Shown here piece by piece: positions 40,709 to 52,591 of a stretch of 64,000 nt of DNA. Made by a program: the position numbers and the translations under genes. Numbering within the stretch: position 1 is the first letter of the stretch; each line of letters starts with the position of its first letter. Under the pieces are notes generated by a model. The model had not been told where the DNA came from. It searched no databases and saw nothing but the letters and a program-made list of their open reading frames with translations. The stretch lies in the NCBI RefSeq assembly GCF_030384885.1, contig NZ_CP128613.1; one strand, 5' to 3'. The DNA is from Escherichia coli (lineage in GTDB: Bacteria > Pseudomonadota > Gammaproteobacteria > Enterobacterales > Enterobacteriaceae).

Positions 40709-40753
40709 AAATAACCCTCCATGGTCAGATAGTCCTTCAATACACTATAAATA

Positions 40754-41320
40754 TTACCGATAGAAGACTTCAAACGTCGCAGATGAAGCATATTTCCCCG
40801 CAGTTGGCGGGTTATTACCAATCTGGATGACATTAGCAGTATAATTAAATATCGTGGGATTTACATCGCCAGCATTATCAACATCAGTGGATTCATCAGG
40901 GACAGAACCATCAAATTTTACACTACTTGTTCCGCCATTTTTATTTGTTACCGTAATACCCACATTTGTTGCACTACCCGCAGCAGTTTCGCTATTTTCA
41001 AGGCGAAGAGAACCAGTATCCGTTGTGGTTCCAGAAAATGTCAGGTTTAGTTTTGTAACCAATGGATCACACTTTAGCAACTCAATCTTAAAATCTTTTG
41101 AAGTCCCAATCGTACCATCCCCGGTATAGTCCGCAGGGTAAGTATCTGCAAAAGTCACCGTGCCTGTCGTACTACTAGAATCATTGACATTGATTTCGCA
41201 GGTATCAGCAACAATTTTACCATTGAAGTTAACAATCCCAGTATCTACAGCAAATACACTCGTACTTACTGCTGCCAGGAAAGTTCCTGACGCAAATAGA
41301 GAAAGCAATTTTTTATTCAT
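40754..41320 (-). CDS. Major fimbrial subunit (pilin) of accessory operon
   Basis: Track ORF 188 aa; signal peptide MNKKLLSLFASGTFLAAVSTSVFA; conserved Cys pair (DTCEIN ... LLKCDP); C-terminal SATFEVFYR; first gene of operon. Confidence 0.8.
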   Translation of the reverse strand: MNKKLLSLFASGTFLAAVSTSVFAVDTGIVNFNGKIVADTCEINVNDSSSTTGTVTFADTYPADYTGDGTIGTSKDFKIELLKCDPLVTKLNLTFSGTTTDTGSLRLENSETAAGSATNVGITVTNKNGGTSSVKFDGSVPDESTDVDNAGDVNPTIFNYTANVIQIGNNPPTAGKYASSATFEVFYR

Positions 41321-41653
41321 AAAAATCCCTTAATTATGAGTCAATAAAGCATGATTCCATTCCAGAGAGGCTGGGCAGGACTTGATAAATATTGATAATA
41401 TAAATATATGCAAATAATAAAATTATTTTAGATTAGAGCAAAAAACACATTACATGTCTATACGACATATAATAAAAAGGTTACAACCATCTGAAATTTA
41501 AAGATTTGTTCTTATTCTCAAAAATATAAAATCATAAATTAAAAATATAAATTCACCCCATTAGATTCATTAAATAAATACTTATTATATTTATCTATAT
41601 AACGTCATAGTAATCTATTACGCTCTCCGCATCAGCGGAGAGCTATTACGATA
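41321..41653 (-). promoter_or_regulatory. AT-rich control region upstream of accessory fimbrial operon (promoter expected here), including a perfect stem-loop next to the mrcB stop
   Basis: 333-bp strongly AT-rich non-coding stretch with many A/T tracts; 10-bp inverted repeat CGCTCTCCGC-atca-GCGGAGAGCG near 41623..41646; no promoter elements could be assigned with confidence. Confidence 0.4.
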
Positions 41654-44188
41654 TTAATTACTACCAAACATATCCTTGATCCAACCTGCTACGCCGTCAC
41701 TGTCTTTCTGCTCTTGCTGATCAGGTTGCTGTTGCGGCTGTTGCTGCGGCTGAGAAGACTGATCAAACGGATTGCCTGACGGTTGCTGCTGCATCTCACT
41801 CTGCTGGCACAGCGATTGCGGATCGCTGGTCCAGACCGGTAAGACACGCATGCCACCGCTGCAGACAAAGTTGCCGTCGTAGTCCACGCCCATATCAGCA
41901 ATGTCTTCTGGCGGAACAAGATTCAGCGGTGTTGGCGTCTGGTTAGCCAGATAACGCTGATAAATCGACATTGCCCCACTGGCACCATACAGTTTGGTCG
42001 GCTGGTTGTTATCACGGCCTACCCAGGTGATGGTCACCGTGCTGCCGTCAATGCCCGCAAACCAGGTATCCACGTTGTTGTTGGTAGTCCCGGTTTTGCC
42101 CGCCAGATGCAGGTTCGGGTATTTCGCCCCAAGCTGACGACCCGTACCGCGTTGTACCACCTGCTGCATGGTCCATAGTGTCAGATACGCCGCCTGCGCC
42201 GGAACCGCGCGTTCCGCCTGCGGGAAGCTCTGATACAGCACCTTGCCATCTTCCGCAATTACCGAACGCAGCGCAGAAAGTGGTGCACGGTTACCGCCGC
42301 TGGCGATGGTCTGGAAAGCCTGCGCCACTTCGATTGGCGTTAAGTTCAACGCCCCCAGCAGCATTGCCGGAACCGGATGCAGCTGATCTTTCGGTACGCC
42401 CAGTTTAATCCAGGTATCCGTAACCGCAGGCAGCCCCAGCGCCATCCCCAGATTTACCGTCGGCACGTTCATCGAACGAGTCAACGCATCCACCAGCATC
42501 ACTCTGCCACTTTCGCTATAACGACGATCATCGTTCTGCGGTGACCAGACCTGACCGTTCGGCTGACGCAGCGCGATTGGCGCATCGGCAATCCACGTGT
42601 TCAGGCGATAGATTCTCGGCTGGCTTAAGGCCGTCAGATAAGTCGCTGGTTTTGCAAGGGAACCAATCGAACGACGCGCCTGCATCGCACGGTTGTAACC
42701 TGCAAACTGCGGCTCAGAACCACCAACCATCGCGCGAACTTCACCGCTAAAGCGGTCGACAACCACGATTGCCGTTTCCAGATCGCTCAGCTTTCGCTGT
42801 TTCTTCAGCGCCGGAATACCCTCCACGGCGGCTTTTTCTGCCGCGTCCTGGGCCACCGAGTCAAAGGTAGTGAAGATCTTCACGCCGGAGAGATCTTTCA
42901 CTTTATCGCCCAGTTTCGCCTGTAGCTCCTGACGCACCAGTTGCATAAAGGCTGGCTGTGGAGAGATTACCCCACCACGCGGCTGAACCCCCAGCGGACG
43001 CGCGCTGAGCATTTCATACAGTTCGCCGTCGATAATCTGTTGCTGTTGCAGCAGACGCAGTACCAGATTACGTCGCTCCAGCGCCAGTTTCGGGTTACGC
43101 CACGGATTGTAGATGGACGCCCCTTTCACCATACCCACCAACAGCGCCTGCTGGTCGAGGCTCAATTCTTCTACCGGGCGACCAAAGTAATACAAGCTCG
43201 CCAGCGGGAAGCCGCGGATTTCGTTGTCGCCGCTCTGACCGAGATACACCTCGTTCATATACAGCTCAAGAATACGGTCTTTGCTGTAACGCGCGTCCAT
43301 GATCAGCGCCATGTAGGCTTCGTTCGCTTTACGCCAGTAAGAACGCTCGCTGGAGAGGAACAGGTTTTTCACCAGCTGTTGCGTCAGCGTACTCGCCCCC
43401 TGCACCGTGCGTCCGGCGGTCAGGTTTGCCAACACCGCACGTCCGATGGAGTAGAGACTGATCCCATCATGCTCGTAAAAATGACGGTCTTCTGTTGCCA
43501 GCAAAGTATCCACCAGCAGATCCGGGAAACCACTGCGCGGCACAAACAGACGTTGCTCACCGTTTGGCGAAGAGATCATGGTGATCAGACGCGGATCAAG
43601 ACGGAAGAAACCAAACTGACGGTTGTTCTCCATATTGACGATCGTCGCCAGATGATCGCCATCAAAGGTCAGACGCGCACGCACCTGTCCTTCTTTGCTG
43701 TCCGGGAAATCAAACGGACGACGGATCATCTCAATGCTGTTGGCCTGCACGGTAAATTCGCCAGGGCGCGTCATTTTCGACACCTGACGATACTGGGTCG
43801 CCTCCAGCAGCTTCACCATCTCGTTTTTGCTGATGGTCATGTCTGGCTCAAGGTTGACCATTCGGCCATAAACAGCCGCAGGCAATTGCCAAACTTTGCC
43901 ATCAATACGGCTACGAATTTTTTGATCGAGATAAACACCGTAAATGGCGATCAGCACGGCAAAAACGATAGCCAGTTTTAGCAGCAGCCATAGCCAGCCG
44001 CGTTTGCCACGAGGCTTACGCCCTTTGCCTTTGCCCTTACCTTTGCGCGGCATCGGTTCTTCATCCTCATAGTCATCATAATCGTCGTAATCATCGTCAT
44101 CTTCGTAACGACGACGGCTTACCTTTTGTTTGACCGGACGCGTCGGTTTCCCTTTGCGTCCAATTGGCTCGCGGTCATTCCCGGCCAT
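41654..44188 (-). CDS. mrcB: Penicillin-binding protein 1B (bifunctional glycosyltransferase/transpeptidase)
   Basis: Track ORF 41654..44203; start placed at [22 protein letters not shown] (844 aa); acidic [15 protein letters not shown] tract. Confidence 0.95.
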   Translation of the reverse strand: MAGNDREPIGRKGKPTRPVKQKVSRRRYEDDDDYDDYDDYEDEEPMPRKGKGKGKGRKPRGKRGWLWLLLKLAIVFAVLIAIYGVYLDQKIRSRIDGKVWQLPAAVYGRMVNLEPDMTISKNEMVKLLEATQYRQVSKMTRPGEFTVQANSIEMIRRPFDFPDSKEGQVRARLTFDGDHLATIVNMENNRQFGFFRLDPRLITMISSPNGEQRLFVPRSGFPDLLVDTLLATEDRHFYEHDGISLYSIGRAVLANLTAGRTVQGASTLTQQLVKNLFLSSERSYWRKANEAYMALIMDARYSKDRILELYMNEVYLGQSGDNEIRGFPLASLYYFGRPVEELSLDQQALLVGMVKGASIYNPWRNPKLALERRNLVLRLLQQQQIIDGELYEMLSARPLGVQPRGGVISPQPAFMQLVRQELQAKLGDKVKDLSGVKIFTTFDSVAQDAAEKAAVEGIPALKKQRKLSDLETAIVVVDRFSGEVRAMVGGSEPQFAGYNRAMQARRSIGSLAKPATYLTALSQPRIYRLNTWIADAPIALRQPNGQVWSPQNDDRRYSESGRVMLVDALTRSMNVPTVNLGMALGLPAVTDTWIKLGVPKDQLHPVPAMLLGALNLTPIEVAQAFQTIASGGNRAPLSALRSVIAEDGKVLYQSFPQAERAVPAQAAYLTLWTMQQVVQRGTGRQLGAKYPNLHLAGKTGTTNNNVDTWFAGIDGSTVTITWVGRDNNQPTKLYGASGAMSIYQRYLANQTPTPLNLVPPEDIADMGVDYDGNFVCSGGMRVLPVWTSDPQSLCQQSEMQQQPSGNPFDQSSQPQQQPQQQPDQQEQKDSDGVAGWIKDMFGSN

Positions 44189-44281
44189 GCTTTTTCTCCG
44201 CAATATTCAGGCGCAAAAGCCCGATTTTCTGTTCTTCTGTAACAAGACAGAAGAAGATATCTCTCAAATTTACTTTGGTCT

Positions 44282-46711
44282 TCATGAATACTTTTTCGTC
44301 CGTCGCGTCGGTGCGGTATTTGCCGGATCATCCGGCCAGACGTGTTTGGGATAACGCCCTTTCATCTCTTTTTGCACCTCGCGATACGCTCCTTTCCAGA
44401 AGGCGCTCAAATCTCGTGTGATTTGCAGCGGCCTTTGGGCAGGAGAAAGCAACTCCAGCACCAGCGGCACGCGCCCCTGGGCGATCGTCGGATTGGTGGC
44501 CTCGCCAAACATCTCCTGCATTCTCACCGCCAGCGCGGGCGGGTTATCTTCATGGTAACGAATGGCGATCCGGCTTCCCGTCGGCACAGTGTAATGCGCA
44601 GGCAATTCACTATCCAGACGTTGCTGCATCCCCCAATCAAGTAATCCGCGTAGCGCCTGATAAATATCGAGTGATTTCAGGCCGCGTAGCGAATGTACGC
44701 CTGTCATATGCGGCAGGAGCCACGTTTCCAGCGTCGCCAACAAACTTTCATCATCAACCGCTGGCCAGTCATATTCCGGCAACCACTTTGCGGCGCATAA
44801 CAAACGCAAGCGTAGCTGTTCCGCTTCCGCCGTCCAGTTGAGCACGCTTAAACCTTTATCACGAATGCCGTTAAGCATCGCCTGATGCAACTCGTCTTCC
44901 GAGGGTTTCGCCAGCGGCTGCACTTTCACCGTCAAATGACCGATTTGCAGCCGACGCCACGCTTTCAGCGTACCTTGCGCGTCATCCCACTCCACAGTGT
45001 CAGACTGCTGTACCAACTGCGGACAGCGTTGTACTAATTCATCGATATCGACCGGTAGCGCCAGTAAAATCCGCGCATCCGGCGAGGCGCTGCCCTGCAA
45101 TAATAACGGTGCGATCAACCATTCGTGGCGGCTGAGCGCATCATCGGCATCGAGCATTGCCCCCATGCCGTTTGCCAGTTGATAGCGCCCCTCTTGCCCA
45201 CGGCGGCGAGCGATGCGATCGGCAAACGCTCCGGCAAGTAACGGTGCGATAAGCGAACTGTCTGCCTCACCGCCGCGTACGTTTAAGCGCTTTAACAGTT
45301 GCTGGCTACGTTGCTGCCAGGCAGGTTGATTGCGCGAAAACGCCACGCCCAGATCGATATTGCCCATCCGTGGTGGCTCTTCGAGAATAGCGGCAATTTT
45401 TGCAGCGGTAGCAGCTTCGTCGTCGCTCTTTGCGCTCACCAGCATTGCCGCTAAACGCGGATCGTTACCCAGCGTCGCCATTTTCTGCCCTTTCGTGCTT
45501 AGCCGTTCACCGTCCATCGCCCCCAGCATCCGCAACAGGCGTTTCGCGGCCTGTAAATTCACGGCTGGCGGTTGATCCAGCCAGCTCATCTGCGTCGGAT
45601 CGCTGCATCCCCATTGCAGTAATTCCATCAGCAAACCGGAGAGATCGCTTTGTAATATTTCTGGTTCACTTTGCGCGGAGGCGCGTTCTGCTTGTTCTTT
45701 GGCGATTAAATGTAAACAGATCCCCGGCTCCAGACGTCCGGCACGCCCGGCGCGTTGCGTCATTGATGCCTGGCTAATGCGTTGGGTAATCAGCCGCGTT
45801 AGCCCCGTGCGCGGATCAAAGCGCGCCACACGTTCCTGAGCACAATCCACCACCAGACGAATACCTTCGATGGTTAAACTGGTTTCAGCAATATTGGTTG
45901 CCAGCACCACTTTGCGCATCCCTTCTGGTGCCGGAAGGATCGCTTTTCGCTGATCGTTCAGCGACAACGCGCCATACAGCGGGCAGAGCAACACATCACT
46001 ACCGATGCGCGAAGCCAGTTGTTCCTGAACGCGCTGAATTTCTCCGACACCAGGTAAAAATAACAGTAATGAGCCGCTTTCCTGATGCAGCAATTCGGCG
46101 GTGGCAACCGCCACGGCTTCATCAAAACGCTGATGAGCGAGCAGCGGTAAATATCGGCGTTCAACCGGAAATGAGCGCCCTTCTGAGATGACGACGGGCG
46201 CTTCTGGCAGCATCTGCTGCAAGCGGTCATTGTCCAGCGTAGCCGACATAATCAGTAGTTTAAGGTCATCACGCAGACCTTGTTGCACATCGAGTAACAG
46301 CGCCAACGCCAGATCCGCCTGCAAGCTGCGCTCATGAAACTCATCGAGGATCACCAATCCAACGCCGCTCAGTTCAGGGTCACGCTGGATCATGCGCGTC
46401 AACACGCCTTCGGTAACTACTTCCAGGCGAGTATTTGCCCCGACACAGTTTTGCGCGCGCATCCGGTAGCCTACCGTATCACCTGTTTTTTCGTTAAGCA
46501 GTTCCGCCAGTCGTTGCGCAACGTTACGCGCCGCCAGGCGACGCGGCTCCAGCAGGATAATTTTTCCGTTAATGCCGGGATGCGCCAGCAGTTGCAGCGG
46601 CAGCCAGGTTGATTTCCCGGCCCCGGTCGGCGCACTTAATAACACCTGCGGTGCACCATCGAGGGCAGCAAGTAACTCAGGTAAGACGGCGGCAACGGGC
46701 AACGACGACAC
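44282..46711 (-). CDS. hrpB: ATP-dependent RNA helicase HrpB (DEAH-box); probable GTG start
   Basis: Track ORF 44282..46756; GAGKST Walker A and DEFH box; start placed at in-frame GTG giving MSSLPVAAVLPELL (809 aa as I recall). Confidence 0.88.
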   Translation of the reverse strand: MSSLPVAAVLPELLAALDGAPQVLLSAPTGAGKSTWLPLQLLAHPGINGKIILLEPRRLAARNVAQRLAELLNEKTGDTVGYRMRAQNCVGANTRLEVVTEGVLTRMIQRDPELSGVGLVILDEFHERSLQADLALALLLDVQQGLRDDLKLLIMSATLDNDRLQQMLPEAPVVISEGRSFPVERRYLPLLAHQRFDEAVAVATAELLHQESGSLLLFLPGVGEIQRVQEQLASRIGSDVLLCPLYGALSLNDQRKAILPAPEGMRKVVLATNIAETSLTIEGIRLVVDCAQERVARFDPRTGLTRLITQRISQASMTQRAGRAGRLEPGICLHLIAKEQAERASAQSEPEILQSDLSGLLMELLQWGCSDPTQMSWLDQPPAVNLQAAKRLLRMLGAMDGERLSTKGQKMATLGNDPRLAAMLVSAKSDDEAATAAKIAAILEEPPRMGNIDLGVAFSRNQPAWQQRSQQLLKRLNVRGGEADSSLIAPLLAGAFADRIARRRGQEGRYQLANGMGAMLDADDALSRHEWLIAPLLLQGSASPDARILLALPVDIDELVQRCPQLVQQSDTVEWDDAQGTLKAWRRLQIGHLTVKVQPLAKPSEDELHQAMLNGIRDKGLSVLNWTAEAEQLRLRLLCAAKWLPEYDWPAVDDESLLATLETWLLPHMTGVHSLRGLKSLDIYQALRGLLDWGMQQRLDSELPAHYTVPTGSRIAIRYHEDNPPALAVRMQEMFGEATNPTIAQGRVPLVLELLSPAQRPLQITRDLSAFWKGAYREVQKEMKGRYPKHVWPDDPANTAPTRRTKKYS

Positions 46712-46784
46712 AAAACGCTCCAGAGGGTTAACATTCTTCGCGCCACATTGTAGCATCGCGGTAATGCATAACCGAGTACCTCAC

Positions 46785-48034
<1,250 letters not shown>

Positions 48035-48211
48035 TAGAGTAAGTAACTGGTTAATTTACATTCTGGTCGCGTGCGCAAATACGCTTTTCCTCACACAGTT
48101 GTCAAGTGTTACGTTTAGATAATTGCTATCCGGAAAAGCTTCTGCTATTTATAGCGGCCTCATTTTTCCCCCGAACATGGGGATCGATAGTGCGTGTTAA
48201 GGAGAAGCAAC

Positions 48212-48667
48212 ATGCAAGAAGGGCAAAACCGTAAAACATCGTCCCTGAGTATTCTCGCCATCGCTGGGGTGGAGCCATATCAGGAGAAGCCGGGCGAAGA
48301 GTATATGAACGAAGCCCAGCTGGCGCACTTCCGTCGTATTCTGGAAGCATGGCGTAATCAACTCAGGGATGAAGTCGATCGCACCGTTACACATATGCAG
48401 GATGAAGCAGCCAACTTCCCGGATCCGGTAGACCGTGCAGCCCAGGAAGAAGAGTTCAGCCTCGAACTGCGTAACCGCGATCGCGAGCGTAAGCTGATCA
48501 AAAAGATCGAGAAAACGCTGAAAAAAGTGGAAGACGAAGATTTCGGCTACTGCGAATCTTGCGGCGTTGAAATTGGTATTCGTCGTCTGGAAGCGCGCCC
48601 GACAGCCGATCTGTGCATCGACTGCAAAACGCTGGCTGAAATTCGCGAAAAACAGATGGCTGGCTAA
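48212..48667 (+). CDS. dksA: RNA polymerase-binding transcription factor DksA
   Basis: Track ORF 48194..48667; start placed at ATG preceded by AAGGAGAAG, giving [26 protein letters not shown] (151 aa); C4 zinc finger [25 protein letters not shown]. Confidence 0.95.
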   Translation: MQEGQNRKTSSLSILAIAGVEPYQEKPGEEYMNEAQLAHFRRILEAWRNQLRDEVDRTVTHMQDEAANFPDPVDRAAQEEEFSLELRNRDRERKLIKKIEKTLKKVEDEDFGYCESCGVEIGIRRLEARPTADLCIDCKTLAEIREKQMAG

Positions 48668-48695
48668 TTACAGCCGTTCCATCACGTTTACCACA

Positions 48696-48723
48696 GGCGG
48701 GAAATGCTCCCGCCTTATTTTTT
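48696..48723 (+). terminator. Intrinsic terminator downstream of dksA, overlapping the gluQ start
   Basis: GGCGGGA-aatgc-TCCCGCC perfect 7-bp stem followed by TTATTTTTTG, read directly. Confidence 0.65.
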
Positions 48724-49630
48724 GTTCAACGAGATGACAGACACACACTATATTGGTCGCTTCGCCCCCTCTCCTTCTGGCGAGCTTCATTTTGGCTCTC
48801 TGATTGCCGCGCTTGGAAGCTTTCTACAGGCTCGCGCCCGGCAAGGTCGCTGGCTTGTTCGCATTGAAGATATCGATCCGCCTCGTGAAGTTCCCGGTGC
48901 CGCAGAGACCATCCTGCGCCAGCTGGAACATTACGGTCTACACTGGGACGGCGATGTTCTCTGGCAATCGCAACGTCACGACGCCTATCGCGAAGCACTC
49001 GCATGGTTACATGAGCAAGGGTTAAGTTATTACTGCACCTGCACGCGCGCACGTATTCAAAGCATTGGCGGTATTTACGACGGTCATTGCCGGGAGTTGC
49101 ATCATGGGCCAGAAAACGCTGCTGTACGTATTCGCCAGCAGCATCCGGTCACCCAGTTTACTGACCAGCTGCGCGGCATTATTCATGCCGACCAAAAACT
49201 GGCGCGGGAAGATTTTATTATTCATCGCCGTGATGGTTTGTTTGCCTATAACCTGGCGGTGGTGGTGGATGATCACTTCCAGGGCGTGAGCGAAATTGTC
49301 CGCGGGGCAGATTTGATCGAACCCACGGTGCGCCAAATCTCGCTGTACCAGCTTTTTGGCTGGCAGGTGCCAGATTACATTCATTTGCCACTGGCACTTA
49401 ATCCACAAGGCGCTAAACTTTCCAAGCAGAATCATGCGCCTGCGTTGCCGAAAGGCGATCCACGCCCGGTACTAATCGCGGCACTTCAATTTCTGGGTCA
49501 ACAGGCAGAAGCACACTGGCAGGATTTCAGCGTCGAGCAAATTCTCCAGTCAGCCGTCACAAACTGGACGCTGACTACCATTCCTGAGTCGGCAATTGTA
49601 AATTCAACATTCTCAAATGCCTCATGCTGA
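48704..49630 (+). CDS. gluQ: Glutamyl-Q tRNA(Asp) synthetase (truncated GluRS paralogue)
   Basis: Track ORF 308 aa; [17 protein letters not shown] class-I aminoacyl-tRNA synthetase HIGH-type motif; start may instead be the ATG at 48734 (MTDTHYIGR). Confidence 0.85.
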   Translation: MLPPYFLFNEMTDTHYIGRFAPSPSGELHFGSLIAALGSFLQARARQGRWLVRIEDIDPPREVPGAAETILRQLEHYGLHWDGDVLWQSQRHDAYREALAWLHEQGLSYYCTCTRARIQSIGGIYDGHCRELHHGPENAAVRIRQQHPVTQFTDQLRGIIHADQKLAREDFIIHRRDGLFAYNLAVVVDDHFQGVSEIVRGADLIEPTVRQISLYQLFGWQVPDYIHLPLALNPQGAKLSKQNHAPALPKGDPRPVLIAALQFLGQQAEAHWQDFSVEQILQSAVTNWTLTTIPESAIVNSTFSNASC

Positions 49631-49689
49631 GCTATGATTAGCCGCTATTTTTTTGTCCTGAATGATGTTTGACACTACCGAGGTGTATT

Positions 49690-51087
49690 ATTTTTACCCG
49701 AGTCGCTAATTTTTGCCGCAAGGTGCTAAGCCGCGAGGAGAGCGAAGCTGAACAGGCAGTCGCCCGTCCACAGGTGACGGTGATCCCGCGTGAGCAACAT
49801 GCTATCTCTCGCAAAGATATCAGTGAAAATGCCCTGAAGGTAATGTACAGGCTCAATAAAGCGGGATACGAAGCCTGGCTGGTTGGCGGCGGCGTGCGCG
49901 ACCTGTTACTTGGCAAAAAGCCGAAAGATTTTGACGTGACCACTAACGCCACGCCAGAGCAAGTGCGCAAACTGTTCCGTAACTGCCGCCTGGTAGGTCG
50001 CCGTTTCCGTCTTGCTCATGTCATGTTTGGCCCAGAGATTATCGAAGTCGCAACCTTCCGTGGACACCACGAAGGTAACGTCAGCGACCGTACGACCTCC
50101 CAACGCGGGCAAAACGGCATGTTGCTGCGCGACAACATTTTCGGTTCCATCGAAGAAGACGCCCAGCGCCGCGATTTCACCATCAATAGCCTGTATTACA
50201 GCGTGGCGGATTTTACGGTCCGCGATTACGTTGGTGGCATGAAGGATCTGAAAGACGGCGTTATCCGTCTGATTGGTAACCCGGAAACGCGCTACCGTGA
50301 AGATCCGGTACGTATGCTGCGCGCGGTTCGTTTTGCCGCCAAATTGGACATGCGCATCAGCCCGGAAACCGCAGAACCGATCCCACGCCTGGCAACCTTG
50401 CTAAACGATATTCCTCCGGCGCGTTTGTTTGAAGAATCTCTGAAACTGTTGCAAGCGGGCTACGGTTACGAAACTTATAAACTGCTGTGTGAATACCATC
50501 TGTTCCAGCCGCTGTTCCCGACCATTACCCGCTACTTTACGGAAAATGGTGACAGTCCAATGGAGCGGATCATTGAGCAGGTGCTGAAGAATACCGATAC
50601 GCGTATCCATAACGATATGCGCGTGAACCCGGCGTTCCTGTTTGCCGCCATGTTCTGGTACCCACTGCTGGAGACAGCACAGAAGATCGCCCAGGAAAGT
50701 GGCCTGACCTATCACGACGCTTTCGCGCTGGCAATGAACGATGTGTTAGACGAAGCCTGCCGTTCACTGGCGATCCCGAAACGTCTGACGACGTTAACCC
50801 GCGATATCTGGCAGTTGCAGTTGCGCATGTCCCGCCGTCAGGGTAAACGCGCATGGAAATTACTCGAACATCCGAAGTTCCGCGCCGCTTATGACCTGCT
50901 GGCACTGCGTGCTGAAGTAGAACGCAACGCCGAGCTACAACGTCTGGCGAAATGGTGGGGTGAGTTCCAGGTTTCTGCGCCGCCAGACCAAAAAGGGATG
51001 CTTAACGAACTGGATGAAGAACCGTCACCGCGTCGTCGTACTCGTCGCCCGCGCAGACGTGCGCCGCGCCGTGAGGGCACCGCATGA
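49690..51087 (+). CDS. pcnB: Poly(A) polymerase I; start assigned to an AUU codon
   Basis: Track ORF 49669..51087; E. coli pcnB is known to initiate at AUU, so start placed at the ATT codon preceding [12 protein letters not shown] (465 aa); [17 protein letters not shown] nucleotidyltransferase motif. Confidence 0.85.
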   Translation: MFTRVANFCRKVLSREESEAEQAVARPQVTVIPREQHAISRKDISENALKVMYRLNKAGYEAWLVGGGVRDLLLGKKPKDFDVTTNATPEQVRKLFRNCRLVGRRFRLAHVMFGPEIIEVATFRGHHEGNVSDRTTSQRGQNGMLLRDNIFGSIEEDAQRRDFTINSLYYSVADFTVRDYVGGMKDLKDGVIRLIGNPETRYREDPVRMLRAVRFAAKLDMRISPETAEPIPRLATLLNDIPPARLFEESLKLLQAGYGYETYKLLCEYHLFQPLFPTITRYFTENGDSPMERIIEQVLKNTDTRIHNDMRVNPAFLFAAMFWYPLLETAQKIAQESGLTYHDAFALAMNDVLDEACRSLAIPKRLTTLTRDIWQLQLRMSRRQGKRAWKLLEHPKFRAAYDLLALRAEVERNAELQRLAKWWGEFQVSAPPDQKGMLNELDEEPSPRRRTRRPRRRAPRREGTA

Positions 51088-51563
51088 CAGTGGCGTATAT
51101 TGCCATCGGCAGCAATCTGGCCTCTCCGCTGGAGCAGGTCAATGCTGCCCTGAAGGCAATAGATGACATTCCTGAAAGCCGCATTCTTGCCGTTTCTTCG
51201 TTTTACCGCACCCCACCGCTGGGGCCGCAAGATCAACCCGATTACTTAAACGCAGCCGTGGCGCTGGAAACCTCTCTTACAGCAGAAGAGCTCCTCAACC
51301 ACACACAGCGTATTGAGCTGCAGCAAGGTCGCGTCCGCAAAGCTGAACGCTGGGGACCGCGCACGCTCGATCTTGATATCATGTTGTTTGGTAATGAAAC
51401 CATTAATACCGAACGACTCACCGTCCCGCATTACGATATGAAGAATCGCGGCTTTATGCTGTGGCCGCTGTTTGAAATCGCGCCGAAGCTGGTCTTTCCT
51501 GATGGGACAGGATTAGACAACTTATTACGAATAAATAAGTTCGCTGAATTAAATAAATGGTAA
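51084..51563 (+). CDS. folK: 6-hydroxymethyl-7,8-dihydropterin pyrophosphokinase
   Basis: Track ORF 159 aa [26 protein letters not shown]; overlaps pcnB stop. Confidence 0.95.
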   Translation: MTVAYIAIGSNLASPLEQVNAALKAIDDIPESRILAVSSFYRTPPLGPQDQPDYLNAAVALETSLTAEELLNHTQRIELQQGRVRKAERWGPRTLDLDIMLFGNETINTERLTVPHYDMKNRGFMLWPLFEIAPKLVFPDGTGLDNLLRINKFAELNKW

Positions 51564-51886
51564 GGCAATAGTTTTGCAAATATAAATAAATTCCGAAAAT
51601 AGCTTTCACGCAATTACAATAATCCCTCCTCTAAGTTATAACCGTAATAATATAATATTCACCCCACTCAACAGCCCCACCCATATACACCATTATCATC
51701 ACATTAGATATTTAGTTTTACTTAAAAATGAATTAAGTGGATATTTAATTTTAAATATGCACAATATCCCCCCTAATGATGAACAGATGTTACATTCGGT
51801 AAATCCAAGCATCCATCATTAACAAACCATTCACCTTTTCTTTATCGAGACTTCCTGCTTGAGGAGGTCTGATTAAAGTTAAACTC
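51564..51886 (+). promoter_or_regulatory. AT-rich upstream region of the yad fimbrial operon
   Basis: About 320 bp non-coding, very AT-rich with A/T tracts, immediately 5' of yadN; typical of silenced fimbrial promoters; no specific elements assigned. Confidence 0.35.
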
Positions 51887-51910
51887 ATGGAATATGATTC
51901 AAGGATTTTT

Positions 51911-52495
51911 ATGTCTAAAAAATTAGGTTTTGCGCTCTCTGGTCTTATGCTGGCAATGGTTGCAGGTTCCGCTTCTGCTGATATGGACGGTGGTCAGTTA
52001 AATATCAGTGGTCTGGTTGTTGATAATACCTGTGAAACCCGCGTAGACGGCGGTAACAAAGATGGCCTGATCCTGCTGCAAACTGCAACCGTTGGAGAAA
52101 TCTCTGAGGGTGTGCTGGACACTACCGTTGGTGCTAAAGCTAAACCATTCAGCATTACTGTTGACTGTAGTAAAGCTAATCCGGCACCAGGCAGCACAGC
52201 AAAAATGACTTTCGGTTCAGTCTTCTTTGGTAACAGTAAAGGAACGCTGAATAATGATATGTCAATTAATACGCCATCGGACGGTGTTAATATTGCTCTG
52301 CACAATATCGAAGGTTCTGCTATCAAACAGGTTAAAATCAACAACCCTGGCGATATCTATTCCAAAGCACTGGATGCAACTTCTAAATCCGCAACTTATG
52401 ACTTTAAAGCATCTTATGTTCGTGCAGATGCGAGCCAACCAGGCACTGCTGGTTATGTGAAAACTAACACTGCATATACCGTTACTTATCAGTAA
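51911..52495 (+). CDS. yadN: Fimbrial major subunit YadN
   Basis: Track ORF 51887..52495; start placed at [24 protein letters not shown]-terminal ...TAYTVTYQ. Confidence 0.85.
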   Translation: MSKKLGFALSGLMLAMVAGSASADMDGGQLNISGLVVDNTCETRVDGGNKDGLILLQTATVGEISEGVLDTTVGAKAKPFSITVDCSKANPAPGSTAKMTFGSVFFGNSKGTLNNDMSINTPSDGVNIALHNIEGSAIKQVKINNPGDIYSKALDATSKSATYDFKASYVRADASQPGTAGYVKTNTAYTVTYQ

Positions 52496-52591
52496 GCATT
52501 TCCATCCATATTCATGAATTGAATACATACAGGGAATAATATTGATATTTCATACTACTCCCTGTTTTTTTAACTCTGCCAGGAATGGTTT

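Noticed and set aside
36372-41653. Integrase, transposase or tRNA gene marking the fimbrial block as a classical genomic island
   Set aside because: No integrase/transposase ORF, tRNA gene or obvious direct repeats were found at either junction; the block is called accessory only on the basis of synteny and base composition.
42941-43981. 346-aa + strand ORF inside mrcB
   Set aside because: Entirely antisense to mrcB, no RBS context, low-complexity His/Gln-rich translation.
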